Positions 27,818-37,269 of a DNA stretch of 64,000 nucleotides are shown here, one piece after another (position 1 is the first letter of the stretch; every line of letters starts with the position of its first letter). The notes under the pieces are model-generated. The model had not been told where the DNA came from and ran no database searches. It was given only the letters and a program-made list of their open reading frames with translations. The stretch is from Leptospiraceae bacterium. Its GTDB lineage: Bacteria > Spirochaetota > Leptospiria > Leptospirales > Leptospiraceae. The translations under genes were made by a program, and so were the position numbers. The stretch spans positions 64,001 to 128,000 of the forward strand of contig JACKPA010000012.1 in NCBI GenBank assembly GCA_024233865.1, written 5' to 3'.

Positions 27818-29541
27818 AGTTATATATTCTTGTTTTCTTTTTTATTTTTGTTTTGCCCTTTATGTTATTCTCTCAAAACGTAGAAAAGCCTGCGGAAGAA
27901 ATTCCTGTTGATTCGATTCAGTCTCCTAATGATTTTCCGTTGCCTACTCGAATGGGTAGAAAAAAGTATCACAGATATGTCGAACTTCTTTCTGCTGAGC
28001 AGAGTGAAATTTTAATTAATTATTTTGAACCAAAAGATTTGATAGAAAAGGAGTTTATTTTATCTGTTAAACTTACCAATCCCCTACTCTTCCCAAAATA
28101 CTTCAAAAAAAAAGAAGGCATTGGAGTTATTCCGGATTTCGGCATTCGCCTAAATCGGAATATTAGATTGTATTTAGCTCCTTACCAGCATGAAGAAGAA
28201 ATGGGTAAAGCTATACCCAATACGGAAATTTCCAATAAAACCGATGAATACTACTTTTTTGCATCCACTGATTCCAAAATTCCAACAGGTCAAGTAGTTG
28301 ACGTATCTATCTATAAAACGGAAGAAGCAATTGAACCCATTCATTCCATCACCTATCAAATGCCAGACAGACCTCAAAACTATCCTATAATCAATGAAAT
28401 CACTCCTTCTGCAGGAATTGCCGGTGATACAATTACTATCCTCGGAAAATATTTGGGTAGCAGGGCTGAAAACATCACGATTCTACTGACACAAGGAAGC
28501 AAGAGTATAAAAATCCCTACTCTGTATCTATCTCATTCTGATAAGACAGGAATCGATGAGATTAAATTTGACATACCATATAACTTTAGCGCTGAGAGAC
28601 TCAAGCAATACCAGAGTATTAAGTCTATATGGGAGTTGACCTCTTTTAACGTAAAGGTATTTCACAATTACTATCCTTCTGTAAACGATGTGGAAGTTAA
28701 AATACTCCGAGAGAAATGGAGGATGTATATGTTTTTGATCAGTTTAAGCTTTATTGTACTGTTTATCGTTATGGTAGCCTTTATGACCAAAACATGGAAC
28801 TTTCTTCCAGATGTTTTGATTGATAGACGTTCCAATTCATATAGCTTATCTAAGTTTCAGGCTTTTTGTTGGACCATCACTCTGTTTGGAAGTTATCTTT
28901 TTGTGGCAATTTGCAATGGAGTTTTGATTGGGAAAATTCCTGATTTTAACCTGTCTTTGCTTGGTTTATTAGGGATCAGTTATGCTGGACTCATTGGTTC
29001 AAATACAATCGACAAACGGAATCCGAAAAATAAATTGAGAAAAACCAAACCATCACTGGGTGATCTAATTTCTCATAATGGTGAAATCGACATAACCAGA
29101 TTGCAAATGTTTGGATTCACACTCATTACGATTTTTTTATACTTTTTTAATCTTGCTAATTCCAATATTTTAGAAGGTTTACCCAGTATTCCCGATTCGC
29201 TACATACACTTTTGCTAACAAGTCAAGGTGGTTTTTTGGGTGGAAAATTGATGGGTGATAAAATAACCGTTATGCACATTGAACCTTCTGTGATTGATAT
29301 CTCGAATAAAAATGCAAGCATAAGTATTATAGGAAATGGCTTTATGGATGGGATAAAGGTTATGTTAGATGGGTATAAACCAATACGAGCTGATTTTGAT
29401 GACCCTAGTACGATTTCCGTTTCTCTACCTGAGATAAAAAAGGTAGGAGTAAAAAGCATTACCATAATTCCTACGTTTGGAAATACGTTTTTAATCAAAG
29501 ATGCTATTGAGTTTGTGGATGAAAAAATAGAACAAGTGTAG
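27814..29541 (+). CDS. Membrane protein with IPT/TIG-like domains
   Basis: Signal peptide. IPT-like ITPSAGIAGDTITILGKYLG and ISIIGNGFMDG. Central cluster of 3-4 TM segments. Confidence 0.5.
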   Translation: MKLYILVFFFIFVLPFMLFSQNVEKPAEEIPVDSIQSPNDFPLPTRMGRKKYHRYVELLSAEQSEILINYFEPKDLIEKEFILSVKLTNPLLFPKYFKKKEGIGVIPDFGIRLNRNIRLYLAPYQHEEEMGKAIPNTEISNKTDEYYFFASTDSKIPTGQVVDVSIYKTEEAIEPIHSITYQMPDRPQNYPIINEITPSAGIAGDTITILGKYLGSRAENITILLTQGSKSIKIPTLYLSHSDKTGIDEIKFDIPYNFSAERLKQYQSIKSIWELTSFNVKVFHNYYPSVNDVEVKILREKWRMYMFLISLSFIVLFIVMVAFMTKTWNFLPDVLIDRRSNSYSLSKFQAFCWTITLFGSYLFVAICNGVLIGKIPDFNLSLLGLLGISYAGLIGSNTIDKRNPKNKLRKTKPSLGDLISHNGEIDITRLQMFGFTLITIFLYFFNLANSNILEGLPSIPDSLHTLLLTSQGGFLGGKLMGDKITVMHIEPSVIDISNKNASISIIGNGFMDGIKVMLDGYKPIRADFDDPSTISVSLPEIKKVGVKSITIIPTFGNTFLIKDAIEFVDEKIEQV

Positions 29542-29542
29542 C

Positions 29543-29566
29543 ATGGTTCGGCTACGCCCACCATGT
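29543..29566. repeat. R1 element, degenerate left-arm copy (GGTTCGGCTACGCCCACCATG)
   Basis: Lies directly after the stop of the 27814-29541 gene. Confidence 0.4.
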
Positions 29567-29810
29567 TGTAAAAGTGCTGTTTGGATGGTAACCACAGATA
29601 CTGGATATTTTCCGTTCCTGTTTTTCCATACATCAGGTATCCAACCGTCTCACTGGAGCATCCCCAGTGCAACTCCACTGACGTTTTCTGGACGTTCAAT
29701 GCTCCAAAATACGTCACCTTCATTCTGTTAATATCATCCGACTTTTCCAGTGGTCGTTTGTTGCATCCTACAACCAAAATTGCCATGAATAGTATAAATA
29801 GTTTCAATAA

Positions 29811-29840
29811 CCCCCCTCGGTCCCCCCGTGAACGGGGGGA
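29811..29840. repeat. R2 G/C-rich hairpin element (CCCCCC-TCGGT-CCCCCCGTGAACGGGGGG)
   Basis: 6-bp G:C stem with GTGAAC loop, preceded by a second C6 run, in an otherwise ~35% GC region. Confidence 0.55.
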
Positions 29841-29842
29841 AG

Positions 29843-30472
29843 TCAAAAGCTCTTCAAAACAGACAGTTGCAAACCGCCGTTTCCGTAGCCGATGTATTTT
29901 TCTACAATTGCGTTTCCTCTCAGTCCCACTCGGACTACAAACCCTGCAAACTTTAGTCCCTGCCATCCGATTTCTGTCATAAACATTGGATCAGCACCCT
30001 CCGCGTGGTGAGCGGAGTCGAACCATACACCTCTTCTTCTTTTGAAGTTGATGTAAGATACTCCCACTCCAAAATTGCCATAAAAGTCGAGCATGGAACT
30101 TATCTTGTATCTGTATTGCAGGTAGAGTATGTTGTTCACCATTTTGTAGTCTGCGTCGGTCATCGAGCCTGGTCGAGATGTAGAGCGTGTGTATTCCAAG
30201 ATGTATCCCAATCGCATGGAATCCGATATATTCAAGAAATCCGGTTCAAACTGGAATCCTCCTCCAGCAGCAGCACCGTTTACCTTTCCTGCCGGTGTGC
30301 CATTTCCAAAATAGTGAAACTGTAGTCCGATCAAGTTTTCATCTTCTTCCTTTTTCACTGGTTCCGTCTTTTTGGTATCCGGTTTTTTTGCTTTGCTTGG
30401 CGGTGTTTTTTTTCCACTTTGAGCAAGCATCACACTTGGTAATAATAATACGATAAGCAATACTTTATACAT
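29843..30472 (-). CDS. Outer-membrane beta-barrel-like protein with Lys/Pro-rich N-terminal linker
   Basis: Signal peptide. Alternating hydrophobic beta-strand pattern, C-terminal aromatic (..KSF). Confidence 0.4.
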   Translation of the reverse strand: MYKVLLIVLLLPSVMLAQSGKKTPPSKAKKPDTKKTEPVKKEEDENLIGLQFHYFGNGTPAGKVNGAAAGGGFQFEPDFLNISDSMRLGYILEYTRSTSRPGSMTDADYKMVNNILYLQYRYKISSMLDFYGNFGVGVSYINFKRRRGVWFDSAHHAEGADPMFMTEIGWQGLKFAGFVVRVGLRGNAIVEKYIGYGNGGLQLSVLKSF

Positions 30473-30563
30473 ACGTTTTAATATCTACCACCGATACACA
30501 CAGATAAACACCGATAAAAATATCTGTGTACATCCGTGTTTATCTGTGGTGGAAAACCATATC

Positions 30564-30959
30564 TTAATCACAGTAATAATCTTCTTCACAATAGCCATAT
30601 TCGTCAATGTAGCAGACTTTCTCTTTGCTTGGGCAAGACGTTATGATGAGTGTGCTCCTTGTAATGGACGAAAACAATCCCACTACGAGTGTCACTACCA
30701 TGTCAACACCCGTTATCTTCTCTTGGAGTGCGTAAGGCTTATTTTTGTCCAAGCCGGAGAATACGGTTTCTGCGTCATTCTCTCCTAAGTCGGATGTGCC
30801 GTAGAATATCTTCCAGATCGTGACTTCTTTGGCAACTGCTCCACATACGTCAGACTTAGCTACCATTTTGATCCTGCCTTCTTTTGCCAAAGTAGCAGTG
30901 TCAACCGTCTGGCAATCAATCAACGCTAACAAACTAAATGTTAAAATCAAATATTTCAT
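30564..30959 (-). CDS. Small secreted Cys-containing protein
   Basis: Signal peptide; 131 aa. Confidence 0.35.
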   Translation of the reverse strand: MKYLILTFSLLALIDCQTVDTATLAKEGRIKMVAKSDVCGAVAKEVTIWKIFYGTSDLGENDAETVFSGLDKNKPYALQEKITGVDMVVTLVVGLFSSITRSTLIITSCPSKEKVCYIDEYGYCEEDYYCD

Positions 30960-30974
30960 ATAATCTCAATTGTA

Positions 30975-31028
30975 TGGTTCGACTACGCTCACCATGCGAG
31001 TCCGATCCCTGAGCGTAGTCGAAGGGAG
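30975..31028. repeat. R1 palindromic element, full copy, intergenic
   Basis: GGTTCGACTACGCTCACCATG-cgagtccgatc-CCTGAGCGTAGTCGAAGGGA: inverted arms with core TTCGACTACGCTCA. Confidence 0.6.
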
Positions 31029-31032
31029 CATT

Positions 31033-31941
31033 TTACGGCACTCCCAAGTCCCCTATCTGTATTGCACTGACTTCTTCCAGTTTACAAGTAAGTCCTGCTG
31101 CAAAGTATTCATTGAACGGAATATAGGTTGTTCCGCAAAGCGAAGCGGAAAGCAGACTGTTTATATTCACAATACTTGCTATGGGTACTACGGTTTCTAA
31201 TTTATTCAGGCATGCGTCCAAAGAACTTTTGGTATACTTTTTACTTCCTTCGATTTTAGAATACATAAATATTTGTCCGGCTAATGTAAAAGTTGCGTAA
31301 TCGGACATGGTACTGCCACTTGTGCTGGATGAAAAGTTTGAATTTGCACTAGAGCTGGAATCTACGAGTTGAGTCAAGGAAAACTCTATATCATAGGTAT
31401 AATCAGTGCCCCCTTTTTCGCATTTCATAAAAATATAATTAGATGTGGGTATGCTCTCATAATACTGATTTATGTTATTACTGATACTAGTATTGTAAGT
31501 AGAATATAAAGAACTTGAAGAATCATTTGTTAGCTCGTTAGAACTTGTTATATATATATAACAGGCAGCATATCCGCTTTTACCATTATAATAAAGAGTT
31601 CCTGCTGTTGTTACAGGCATATAGAACACATCCACGTCTGAGTCCGAACTGATTGTTCCTTTGATTCGAGTCGTTTTTTCCGATGTAGGATAAGTTGCCT
31701 GGTTTGCGGTTTTAAAGGTGTCGTTGCTTTCCGTATCGTTTGTTACATTATTGGTAGATGAGTCCGTAGGACAACTGTAGGTTGATGATGAAAATAACGT
31801 AGCTAATCCGATTCTGGAGTATTGGCTCACCTTTGCGGTGATCTTTTCTTTTGCTTTTTTCCCGCTTACGATCTCGTAACCTCCTGTATACATGCAACTT
31901 GATAGTATGAGTATGATTGTTAGAATAACTGTTTGTTTCAT
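31033..31941 (-). CDS. Ser/Thr-rich lipoprotein
   Basis: Signal plus lipobox LILSSC. Low-complexity S/T/N-rich sequence. Confidence 0.4.
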   Translation of the reverse strand: MKQTVILTIILILSSCMYTGGYEIVSGKKAKEKITAKVSQYSRIGLATLFSSSTYSCPTDSSTNNVTNDTESNDTFKTANQATYPTSEKTTRIKGTISSDSDVDVFYMPVTTAGTLYYNGKSGYAACYIYITSSNELTNDSSSSLYSTYNTSISNNINQYYESIPTSNYIFMKCEKGGTDYTYDIEFSLTQLVDSSSSANSNFSSSTSGSTMSDYATFTLAGQIFMYSKIEGSKKYTKSSLDACLNKLETVVPIASIVNINSLLSASLCGTTYIPFNEYFAAGLTCKLEEVSAIQIGDLGVP

Positions 31942-32699
31942 TTTATCTCCTTTTTTATTGAAGTGGTTAGTATCTGGTGGTTTGTGACAGGAAACTTTTT
32001 GCCACTCTCGCTTTTATCGTTGTTTTCTCCTTGAATTGCTTTGATGGTGTAATATCCGCCTGCTATTGGTACGAGTGCAGTTTTGATTATGTCGTGAGGG
32101 ATGTATATAACAATTTTAAAACCATTGCTTATAAGGTTGTAAAAGAAGTGTAAGGGTATTAAAAAAGTTAAACCTATAACCGGAGAACACTTTGTTGGTA
32201 AACCATCCTCTGAAATGGTGAGCACGTTTACACTGTACAATAAAAGATAGTCTATAATGCCAGTAACGATGCTAAATTCTGTCGATATTATTAAGATGTT
32301 GTCTTTGCAACATTCAGGGAGATTACAATTAGGTTGTTCATCAGGATGTTTGTAAAAATCACAGTTCTTATATAAATACCTCCCGCACTTAGAGAATACA
32401 GGGTAATTTTTAAAACTATCAGGATTTAATAAGACTTCAGGAGTCCTAAACCAAAGATAGTAAGGGTGTCTTTTTTCCTTATATATACAACGTCCAAAAG
32501 CTGATTTCAGTTTTTCTTTAGATACATTTTTATTAATAGATATGGCATCCCCTATCATCCAATCCCAAAAATTCTGTTTTTCATTAAATTGTATAGTAGA
32601 ACCTATCGTTACACAGTTCATTAAAAAGAGTTGTGTAATAAGGAAAATTATTAAATTTGTTTTGATATTTTTCACCTTTTTCGCTCTCTTTGATTTCAA
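31938..32699 (-). CDS. Hypothetical Cys-rich membrane-anchored protein; candidate immunity protein for the adjacent Rhs toxin tip
   Basis: Sits immediately downstream of the Rhs C-terminal ORF on the same strand. N-terminal TM segment. Stop overlaps the next gene. Confidence 0.35.
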   Translation of the reverse strand: MKSKRAKKVKNIKTNLIIFLITQLFLMNCVTIGSTIQFNEKQNFWDWMIGDAISINKNVSKEKLKSAFGRCIYKEKRHPYYLWFRTPEVLLNPDSFKNYPVFSKCGRYLYKNCDFYKHPDEQPNCNLPECCKDNILIISTEFSIVTGIIDYLLLYSVNVLTISEDGLPTKCSPVIGLTFLIPLHFFYNLISNGFKIVIYIPHDIIKTALVPIAGGYYTIKAIQGENNDKSESGKKFPVTNHQILTTSIKKEIK

Positions 32700-32772
32700 T
32701 TAATTGTCACACTTCTACACTCAGTGTGACAATTTAAGAAAAAATTATATCCTATCTAATTGGTTAAAAACG

Positions 32773-34059
32773 TCAACGGCAACGGCAAGGACAACATGGT
32801 AAAGGCTTCCTCTTTAAAGCATTAGCCCACTCTTTTTCCCATTTATCAAGACCTTCAGCTGGTGTTATTATAGGGCCTCCTCCTCCGCCTAATTCAGGAA
32901 AAGGATTACCAGATACATAATATTTACCCAAACCAGTTTGTTCTCCCATAAAACCTACAAATCCTTCAGACGCGAAACCCAGAGCACCTGCTATTGTGTT
33001 TCCTGTTGCACCTGCATTTTCCCCCAACGCTGCTCCTTCTTTCCCGTCTAAAACTCTTCCTAATTCCCTACCAAAGGTTTTCATAAAAGGTCCTGTAACC
33101 AACATTCCGATCATACTCGTACTTGCTATTGTAATAAGCCCACCCCAAGTAGTAGCACCAAATAAAATTGATGTGTGTAAAAAAACACCAGACAAGAAAT
33201 ATGAAGCTGTAGCTACGACTGCTATTTTGACCAAAGCCAATAATGCCCAACCTATAATAACAGCAGCTACTATCACAGCAATTCCAATTAAGATTTGTTT
33301 CAAACTCAACTTTGATAGTGGTTCAATGATTTGTCTATCTAGCCATACCCCAGCGTCAGAAAGTTGTTGACCACCCCATTTTCCAATACTACTCCGACTT
33401 ATTTGGTGTGATAAGCTATTTTGGTTATGGTGTTTCCCGAATATAAATTGATTAACCGTTTTTGCGGCTCTTTCAAGTCCTTTGGATGCCCACTTCAATC
33501 CTCCCGTTGCACTCTTAACCGCCCATTGTAGTCCACCAGTCATGTTTTTTACGATGTTACTAAACATCAAATCATACCTTGCATGACCGCTTGGGTCTCG
33601 GAAGTTGACGGGGTTTCCATTGGTATACATGTAAGGATTCATTCCCATAGCAGTGTTAGGGTCGGATTGGTTATCCGCTTGGATAAATCGACCGAGCATC
33701 GGATCGTAATATCGGCTTTTGTAGTAGTACAAACCGCTTTCGGAGTCTTCTTCCTGACCGGAATACTTATGTCGGAATATGTCCGGACCGCTTGAGTTTG
33801 TACGGTTGACTTCACCGTATGGTGTATAGGTAACGTAACTCCTTCCCGAATTGATGTCAACACCAGCTACCATCCTTCCGTTTCCATCTGTCAGCATACT
33901 CACACTACCCAAGTGATCGGGATGGATAAAGTGCATCCCCACAGTAGGTGTTCCCGCATAAACCGTTGATGGCGAAGGAGTTCCCAAAGGATCTGCTACG
34001 GAAGGTGTATCGGAAGTAATTCCCCCACCAGCCGCTTCCCAACAATCCGTCCGGTTCAT
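32773..34059 (-). CDS. Orphan Rhs C-terminal fragment: RHS repeat-associated core plus hydrophobic/Gly-rich C-terminal toxin domain
   Basis: DHLGS...YTPYGE...YYYKSRYYDPMLGRFIQADN is the RHS core signature. A DPSGH autoproteolysis-like motif is followed by ~280 aa with predicted TM helices, Gly-rich stretches and a C-terminal CCPCRCR. Confidence 0.65.
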   Translation of the reverse strand: MNRTDCWEAAGGGITSDTPSVADPLGTPSPSTVYAGTPTVGMHFIHPDHLGSVSMLTDGNGRMVAGVDINSGRSYVTYTPYGEVNRTNSSGPDIFRHKYSGQEEDSESGLYYYKSRYYDPMLGRFIQADNQSDPNTAMGMNPYMYTNGNPVNFRDPSGHARYDLMFSNIVKNMTGGLQWAVKSATGGLKWASKGLERAAKTVNQFIFGKHHNQNSLSHQISRSSIGKWGGQQLSDAGVWLDRQIIEPLSKLSLKQILIGIAVIVAAVIIGWALLALVKIAVVATASYFLSGVFLHTSILFGATTWGGLITIASTSMIGMLVTGPFMKTFGRELGRVLDGKEGAALGENAGATGNTIAGALGFASEGFVGFMGEQTGLGKYYVSGNPFPELGGGGGPIITPAEGLDKWEKEWANALKRKPLPCCPCRCR

Positions 34060-34237
34060 CCGAATGATAGACCAAAGAAAGGTTTGGCTGTACGTCTTTT
34101 GTTCCGGGTGGGACTTCTATTGGGTAAGAAGCATTTGCCTTTCCGTTGTCATCCACCACAACCTGTGGCATTGCTTGCGGAATTGTTCCTGTGGAATTCG
34201 TATCCAGATGTACCAATAACAAGCACAGTGCCATCAT
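33905..34237 (-). pseudogene. SpvB-type N-terminal fragment of a decayed Rhs/Tc-toxin gene, frame-shifted relative to the downstream Rhs core ORF
   Basis: ASYPIEVPPGTKDVQPNLSLVYHSDEPDGLLGSGWW matches the SpvB N-domain consensus (PievPpG..G..PsLsLsYsS...G..G.GW). Overlaps the 32773-34059 ORF in a different frame, implying a large internal deletion and frameshift. Confidence 0.45.
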
Positions 34238-34450
34238 AAGTATAGCATTAAGTGCCTTTTTAGTGTTATATATATATATGGTAATTGTGTTAATTTTGTG
34301 AAGAGTTTCATGTGAATCACCTCGTGTGTTATCGTCCTAAAGACAAAGTGATTGGAAACAAAAATTTTTTGCAAGTCTTTTATGAATTATTTTTCCAAGC
34401 GGAAAGAAAAAAATTACGTTTTTCCCCCGAATAGCTAAAATTCACTTTAA

Positions 34451-34486
34451 GCTTCATTTACCCCCGTTCACGGGGGTAAGTGAAGC
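34451..34486. repeat. R2 G/C-rich hairpin element (inverted orientation) embedded in a 16-bp-arm palindrome GCTTCATTTACCCCCG-TTCA-CGGGGGTAAGTGAAGC
   Basis: Core CCCCCGTTCACGGGGG is the reverse complement of the 29822 and 63741 cores. One mismatch in the 16-bp arms. Confidence 0.55.
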
Positions 34487-34682
34487 CAAAACCTGAATTT
34501 AAACCGAATGGGGGGGAATAAATTCGTTAATTATGTCTTTTTATTCAGTAATTTTTTCATTCTTTCCAATTCTTTTTTTAATGAAAGGAAAGAAAAGAGT
34601 TTTTTCAAAAACCTTATTGCCAAAAAATAGGAATATCCGTATACTAAAAAACAAGCATAAATCCCAAAAATCACGGTAAACT

Positions 34683-35516
34683 ATGTTAACTTATAAAGAA
34701 AAAAAGAACTTTAATATAGAAGAAATGGAGATTGAGGACAGTAAACCGGTGGACAACATTTTTTCTGAAAAGCAAATGAGACTACTTACCGAGCCTTTGT
34801 ATACCTCATGGAAACCCAAAGAGCACATAAATTTTTTGGTAACTGCCAATGTTGGAATATTCACCGAAATATTAGAAAACCCAATTGTTCCAGATGTTTT
34901 GCTAAGTCTGGAAGTAGATATACCGGAAAGCAGAAAAAAAAAGGAAGATTTATGTTACTATTTGGACAAAATCGGCAAAGCACCGGAGGTAGTGATAGAA
35001 ATCGTATCCAATAAGGAAGGAAACGAATTGGATAGTAAGCTAAAAGACTATGGGAAAATCGGAGTTTTGTACTATACCGTTTATGATCCCGATTTACACA
35101 TATTGAAAGGAAATCCGGTAAGTAGCTTTAAGTATAAAAAAGGAATGGCATTTAGAATAGAAAAATCTTGGTTTGAGGAAGTGGGTTTGGGACTCAGATT
35201 ATGGGATGGAATTTTTGAGAATCAACATGGAACATGGCTTAGGTGGTGTGACTACTTTGGAGAAGTGATTCCTACCGGAAAAGAGTTGGCAGAACTGGAA
35301 AGACGTAAAACGGCAATAGAGCAAAAACAGAGAATAGAAGCTCAAAAACAAAGAATGGAGGCTCAAAAACAAGCTGAAGTAGAGAAAAATTGCAGAATGG
35401 AAACTCAAAAGCAAGCTGAAATAGAGAAAAATTACAGAATGGAAGCACAAAGACAAGTTGAACATTTGGCTCAAAAGTTACGTGAACTTGGCTTTAATCC
35501 GGAACAAGATTTGTAA
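34683..35516 (+). CDS. Uma2-family (DUF820) putative endonuclease with C-terminal EAQKQ coiled-coil repeats
   Basis: PDVLLSLEVDIP...PEVVIEIVSNKEG..D...K...Y...GVLYYTVYDP is the PD-(D/E)xK Uma2 signature. 39-bp tandem repeats at ~35330-35450. Confidence 0.7.
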   Translation: MLTYKEKKNFNIEEMEIEDSKPVDNIFSEKQMRLLTEPLYTSWKPKEHINFLVTANVGIFTEILENPIVPDVLLSLEVDIPESRKKKEDLCYYLDKIGKAPEVVIEIVSNKEGNELDSKLKDYGKIGVLYYTVYDPDLHILKGNPVSSFKYKKGMAFRIEKSWFEEVGLGLRLWDGIFENQHGTWLRWCDYFGEVIPTGKELAELERRKTAIEQKQRIEAQKQRMEAQKQAEVEKNCRMETQKQAEIEKNYRMEAQRQVEHLAQKLRELGFNPEQDL

Positions 35517-35535
35517 AAATTGGATGGCAACAGAT

Positions 35536-35778
35536 TCAGAAAGAAGGCAAGTATTCTGATTTTTGGTTGCACTTTTTTTCATTTTGAAAGGCTTGCAAAC
35601 ATGTTGCCAGTGCTATAGGAAACAATTCATTGTAAGAACTTGGAGCTAAAATAACAATATCCAGATAACGAATACAAGTTTTTATGTTCTCTTTTTTGGT
35701 ATCATCTTCGCAAGCTGATTTCTGACTTGTACAACTTAATATAAAAATTAAGCTAAAAAGTAATGTCATTTTTTTCAT
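35536..35778 (-). CDS. Small lipoprotein
   Basis: FILSC lipobox; 80 aa. Confidence 0.3.
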   Translation of the reverse strand: MKKMTLLFSLIFILSCTSQKSACEDDTKKENIKTCIRYLDIVILAPSSYNELFPIALATCLQAFQNEKKCNQKSEYLPSF

Positions 35779-35814
35779 AATTACCCTCCGCGATCTCCGC
35801 GACTCCGCGTGAGA

Positions 35815-36444
35815 CTATTTCAACCAAGCTTCCCATTCTATCCGAACTTTATCTTTGATAGAAGTGAAAACAACCGACGGTCTCTCTACCTTAAAATCCG
35901 ATAGTAAAATATCAAAGGTTGCGTTTATTTTCAAACTACCATTTTCTTGCTTGGAGCTTGCCGTAAAACTAACGGGTTTGGTTGTTCCTTTGATCGTTAG
36001 ATCGCCTTGGAATGAATAGGTTCCTTTTTTGGTAAGTTCAAGGTTTTTGACAGAAAAGTTAATTTCTTTCTGGTCTGGATAGCCAAGAATTTCCCACATA
36101 TGAGAATCCCGATTTTCATCTCCGGTGTGCATATTCACAATAGTGCAACTAATTGAAAAAGGAACTTCCGCAGAAACACCATTCACATCCGGAATAACTT
36201 TCAGATTTTCTACCTTTGGTTTTATGCACTCCCCTTTTACCTTTTTGAATACGTGATCTGCAAAAAATTTGATCTTTAGCTCTTTGAAAACTACACCTGA
36301 TTTTTGTTCAATGGGTGCTTTCTTTTCTTGAGCATACAAAGAAAAAACAAAAAAACTAAACAAAAGAGCAATAAAATATTTCATAAAATCCCTCAAAAAT
36401 AAAAAGTAGCAATAGAAACAGATAAAGCCGCAAAGCCCAACCAA
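35815..36444 (-). CDS. YceI-family periplasmic polyisoprenoid-binding-like protein
   Basis: Likely start at MKYFIALLF (~36384). Motifs NRDSHM and GDLTIKGTTKPV. Confidence 0.6.
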   Translation of the reverse strand: MVGLCGFICFYCYFLFLRDFMKYFIALLFSFFVFSLYAQEKKAPIEQKSGVVFKELKIKFFADHVFKKVKGECIKPKVENLKVIPDVNGVSAEVPFSISCTIVNMHTGDENRDSHMWEILGYPDQKEINFSVKNLELTKKGTYSFQGDLTIKGTTKPVSFTASSKQENGSLKINATFDILLSDFKVERPSVVFTSIKDKVRIEWEAWLK

Positions 36445-36992
36445 CCTACATTACGCATATCAGTCAAGCCCTGGGCTGAAGCATTGTGAACCGCCTTTTC
36501 ACCAAGGTAAGGTAAGGCAAGCATACAAGGAAGGTGAATAAAGATCATTGCTTTATGAGTAAAGATAGTACTCCAGCCTTTTTGTGGTGTTACATCCACT
36601 TTTTTGGGAGCCATAAAAGATAGAAAAGCAGTAGCACCATAAAGAGTAAAGGTTAAAAAACCTAACTTACCGTGATTTCCCATTGGCTCTTCATAACCCC
36701 TTTTGGACATAGCATAAAGTAGCAATTTGTCATCAGAAGGTGCCATTAAGTATGACGTTAAAATATAATTGGGAAGTCTTCTGCTTAATTTGTATTTGCT
36801 GTATTCCTCTTTGTAAGAGGCTTCACCGGCAACATTGGTTGCAAGCCAGCTAACCCAGGTAGCCAATCCTAATGCCTGGTGCCATTCCAAATAAGAACGT
36901 CTTTTTTTAAGGTATTTGGATGAGATGGATTTTTCCTCAGCGTATAAGGAGAATGTAAATAAGCAAAGTAGAATTAAGAATCTATTTAACAT
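36393..36992 (-). CDS. Secreted/membrane hypothetical
   Basis: Signal peptide; His-containing hydrophobic segments. Confidence 0.35.
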   Translation of the reverse strand: MLNRFLILLCLFTFSLYAEEKSISSKYLKKRRSYLEWHQALGLATWVSWLATNVAGEASYKEEYSKYKLSRRLPNYILTSYLMAPSDDKLLLYAMSKRGYEEPMGNHGKLGFLTFTLYGATAFLSFMAPKKVDVTPQKGWSTIFTHKAMIFIHLPCMLALPYLGEKAVHNASAQGLTDMRNVGWLGFAALSVSIATFYF

Positions 36993-37053
36993 ATACCAAT
37001 CTTTTAACTGCCATTACAAGAATCTACAAAAATATATTTGACATGTTTGCGAT

Positions 37054-37269
37054 TTGAGGGCATTCTTGAACCGTATGAAAACCATAGGGAATAAAAGGAC
37101 TCGTACACCGGAAGAATGTCTGATTACCCAAAATAAGTTGATCTTTGAATTAGAGCAAATCAGACCCAATAAAAAGAAAAAAGGGATTATATTAAAATTT
37201 AAAACTTGGAAAGAATCGGAAGAGTTTGATTTAAAGAGAGCGGTTGATTACGTTGAACCCAAAGGATGA
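37054..37269 (+). CDS. Small hypothetical, overlaps the next gene
   Basis: 71 aa. 26-bp overlap with the next gene. Confidence 0.25.
   Translation: MRAFLNRMKTIGNKRTRTPEECLITQNKLIFELEQIRPNKKKKGIILKFKTWKESEEFDLKRAVDYVEPKG

Noticed and set aside
29223-29966. 247-aa minus-strand ORF spanning the R2 hairpin and running antisense into the 3' end of the 27814-29541 gene
   Set aside because: It overlaps a well-supported gene by >300 bp on the opposite strand, and its N-terminal part is a translation of the G/C hairpin repeat (SPRSRGDRGG). At most a short lipoprotein-like ORF starting at MAILVVGC (~29786) could be real; not called.
36393-36992. Cytochrome b561 (YceJ-like) partner of the adjacent YceI-like gene, as in the E. 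coli yceI-yceJ pair
   Set aside because: The product has a cleavable-looking signal peptide and lacks the 4-TM bis-His pattern of cytochrome b561. Left as hypothetical.
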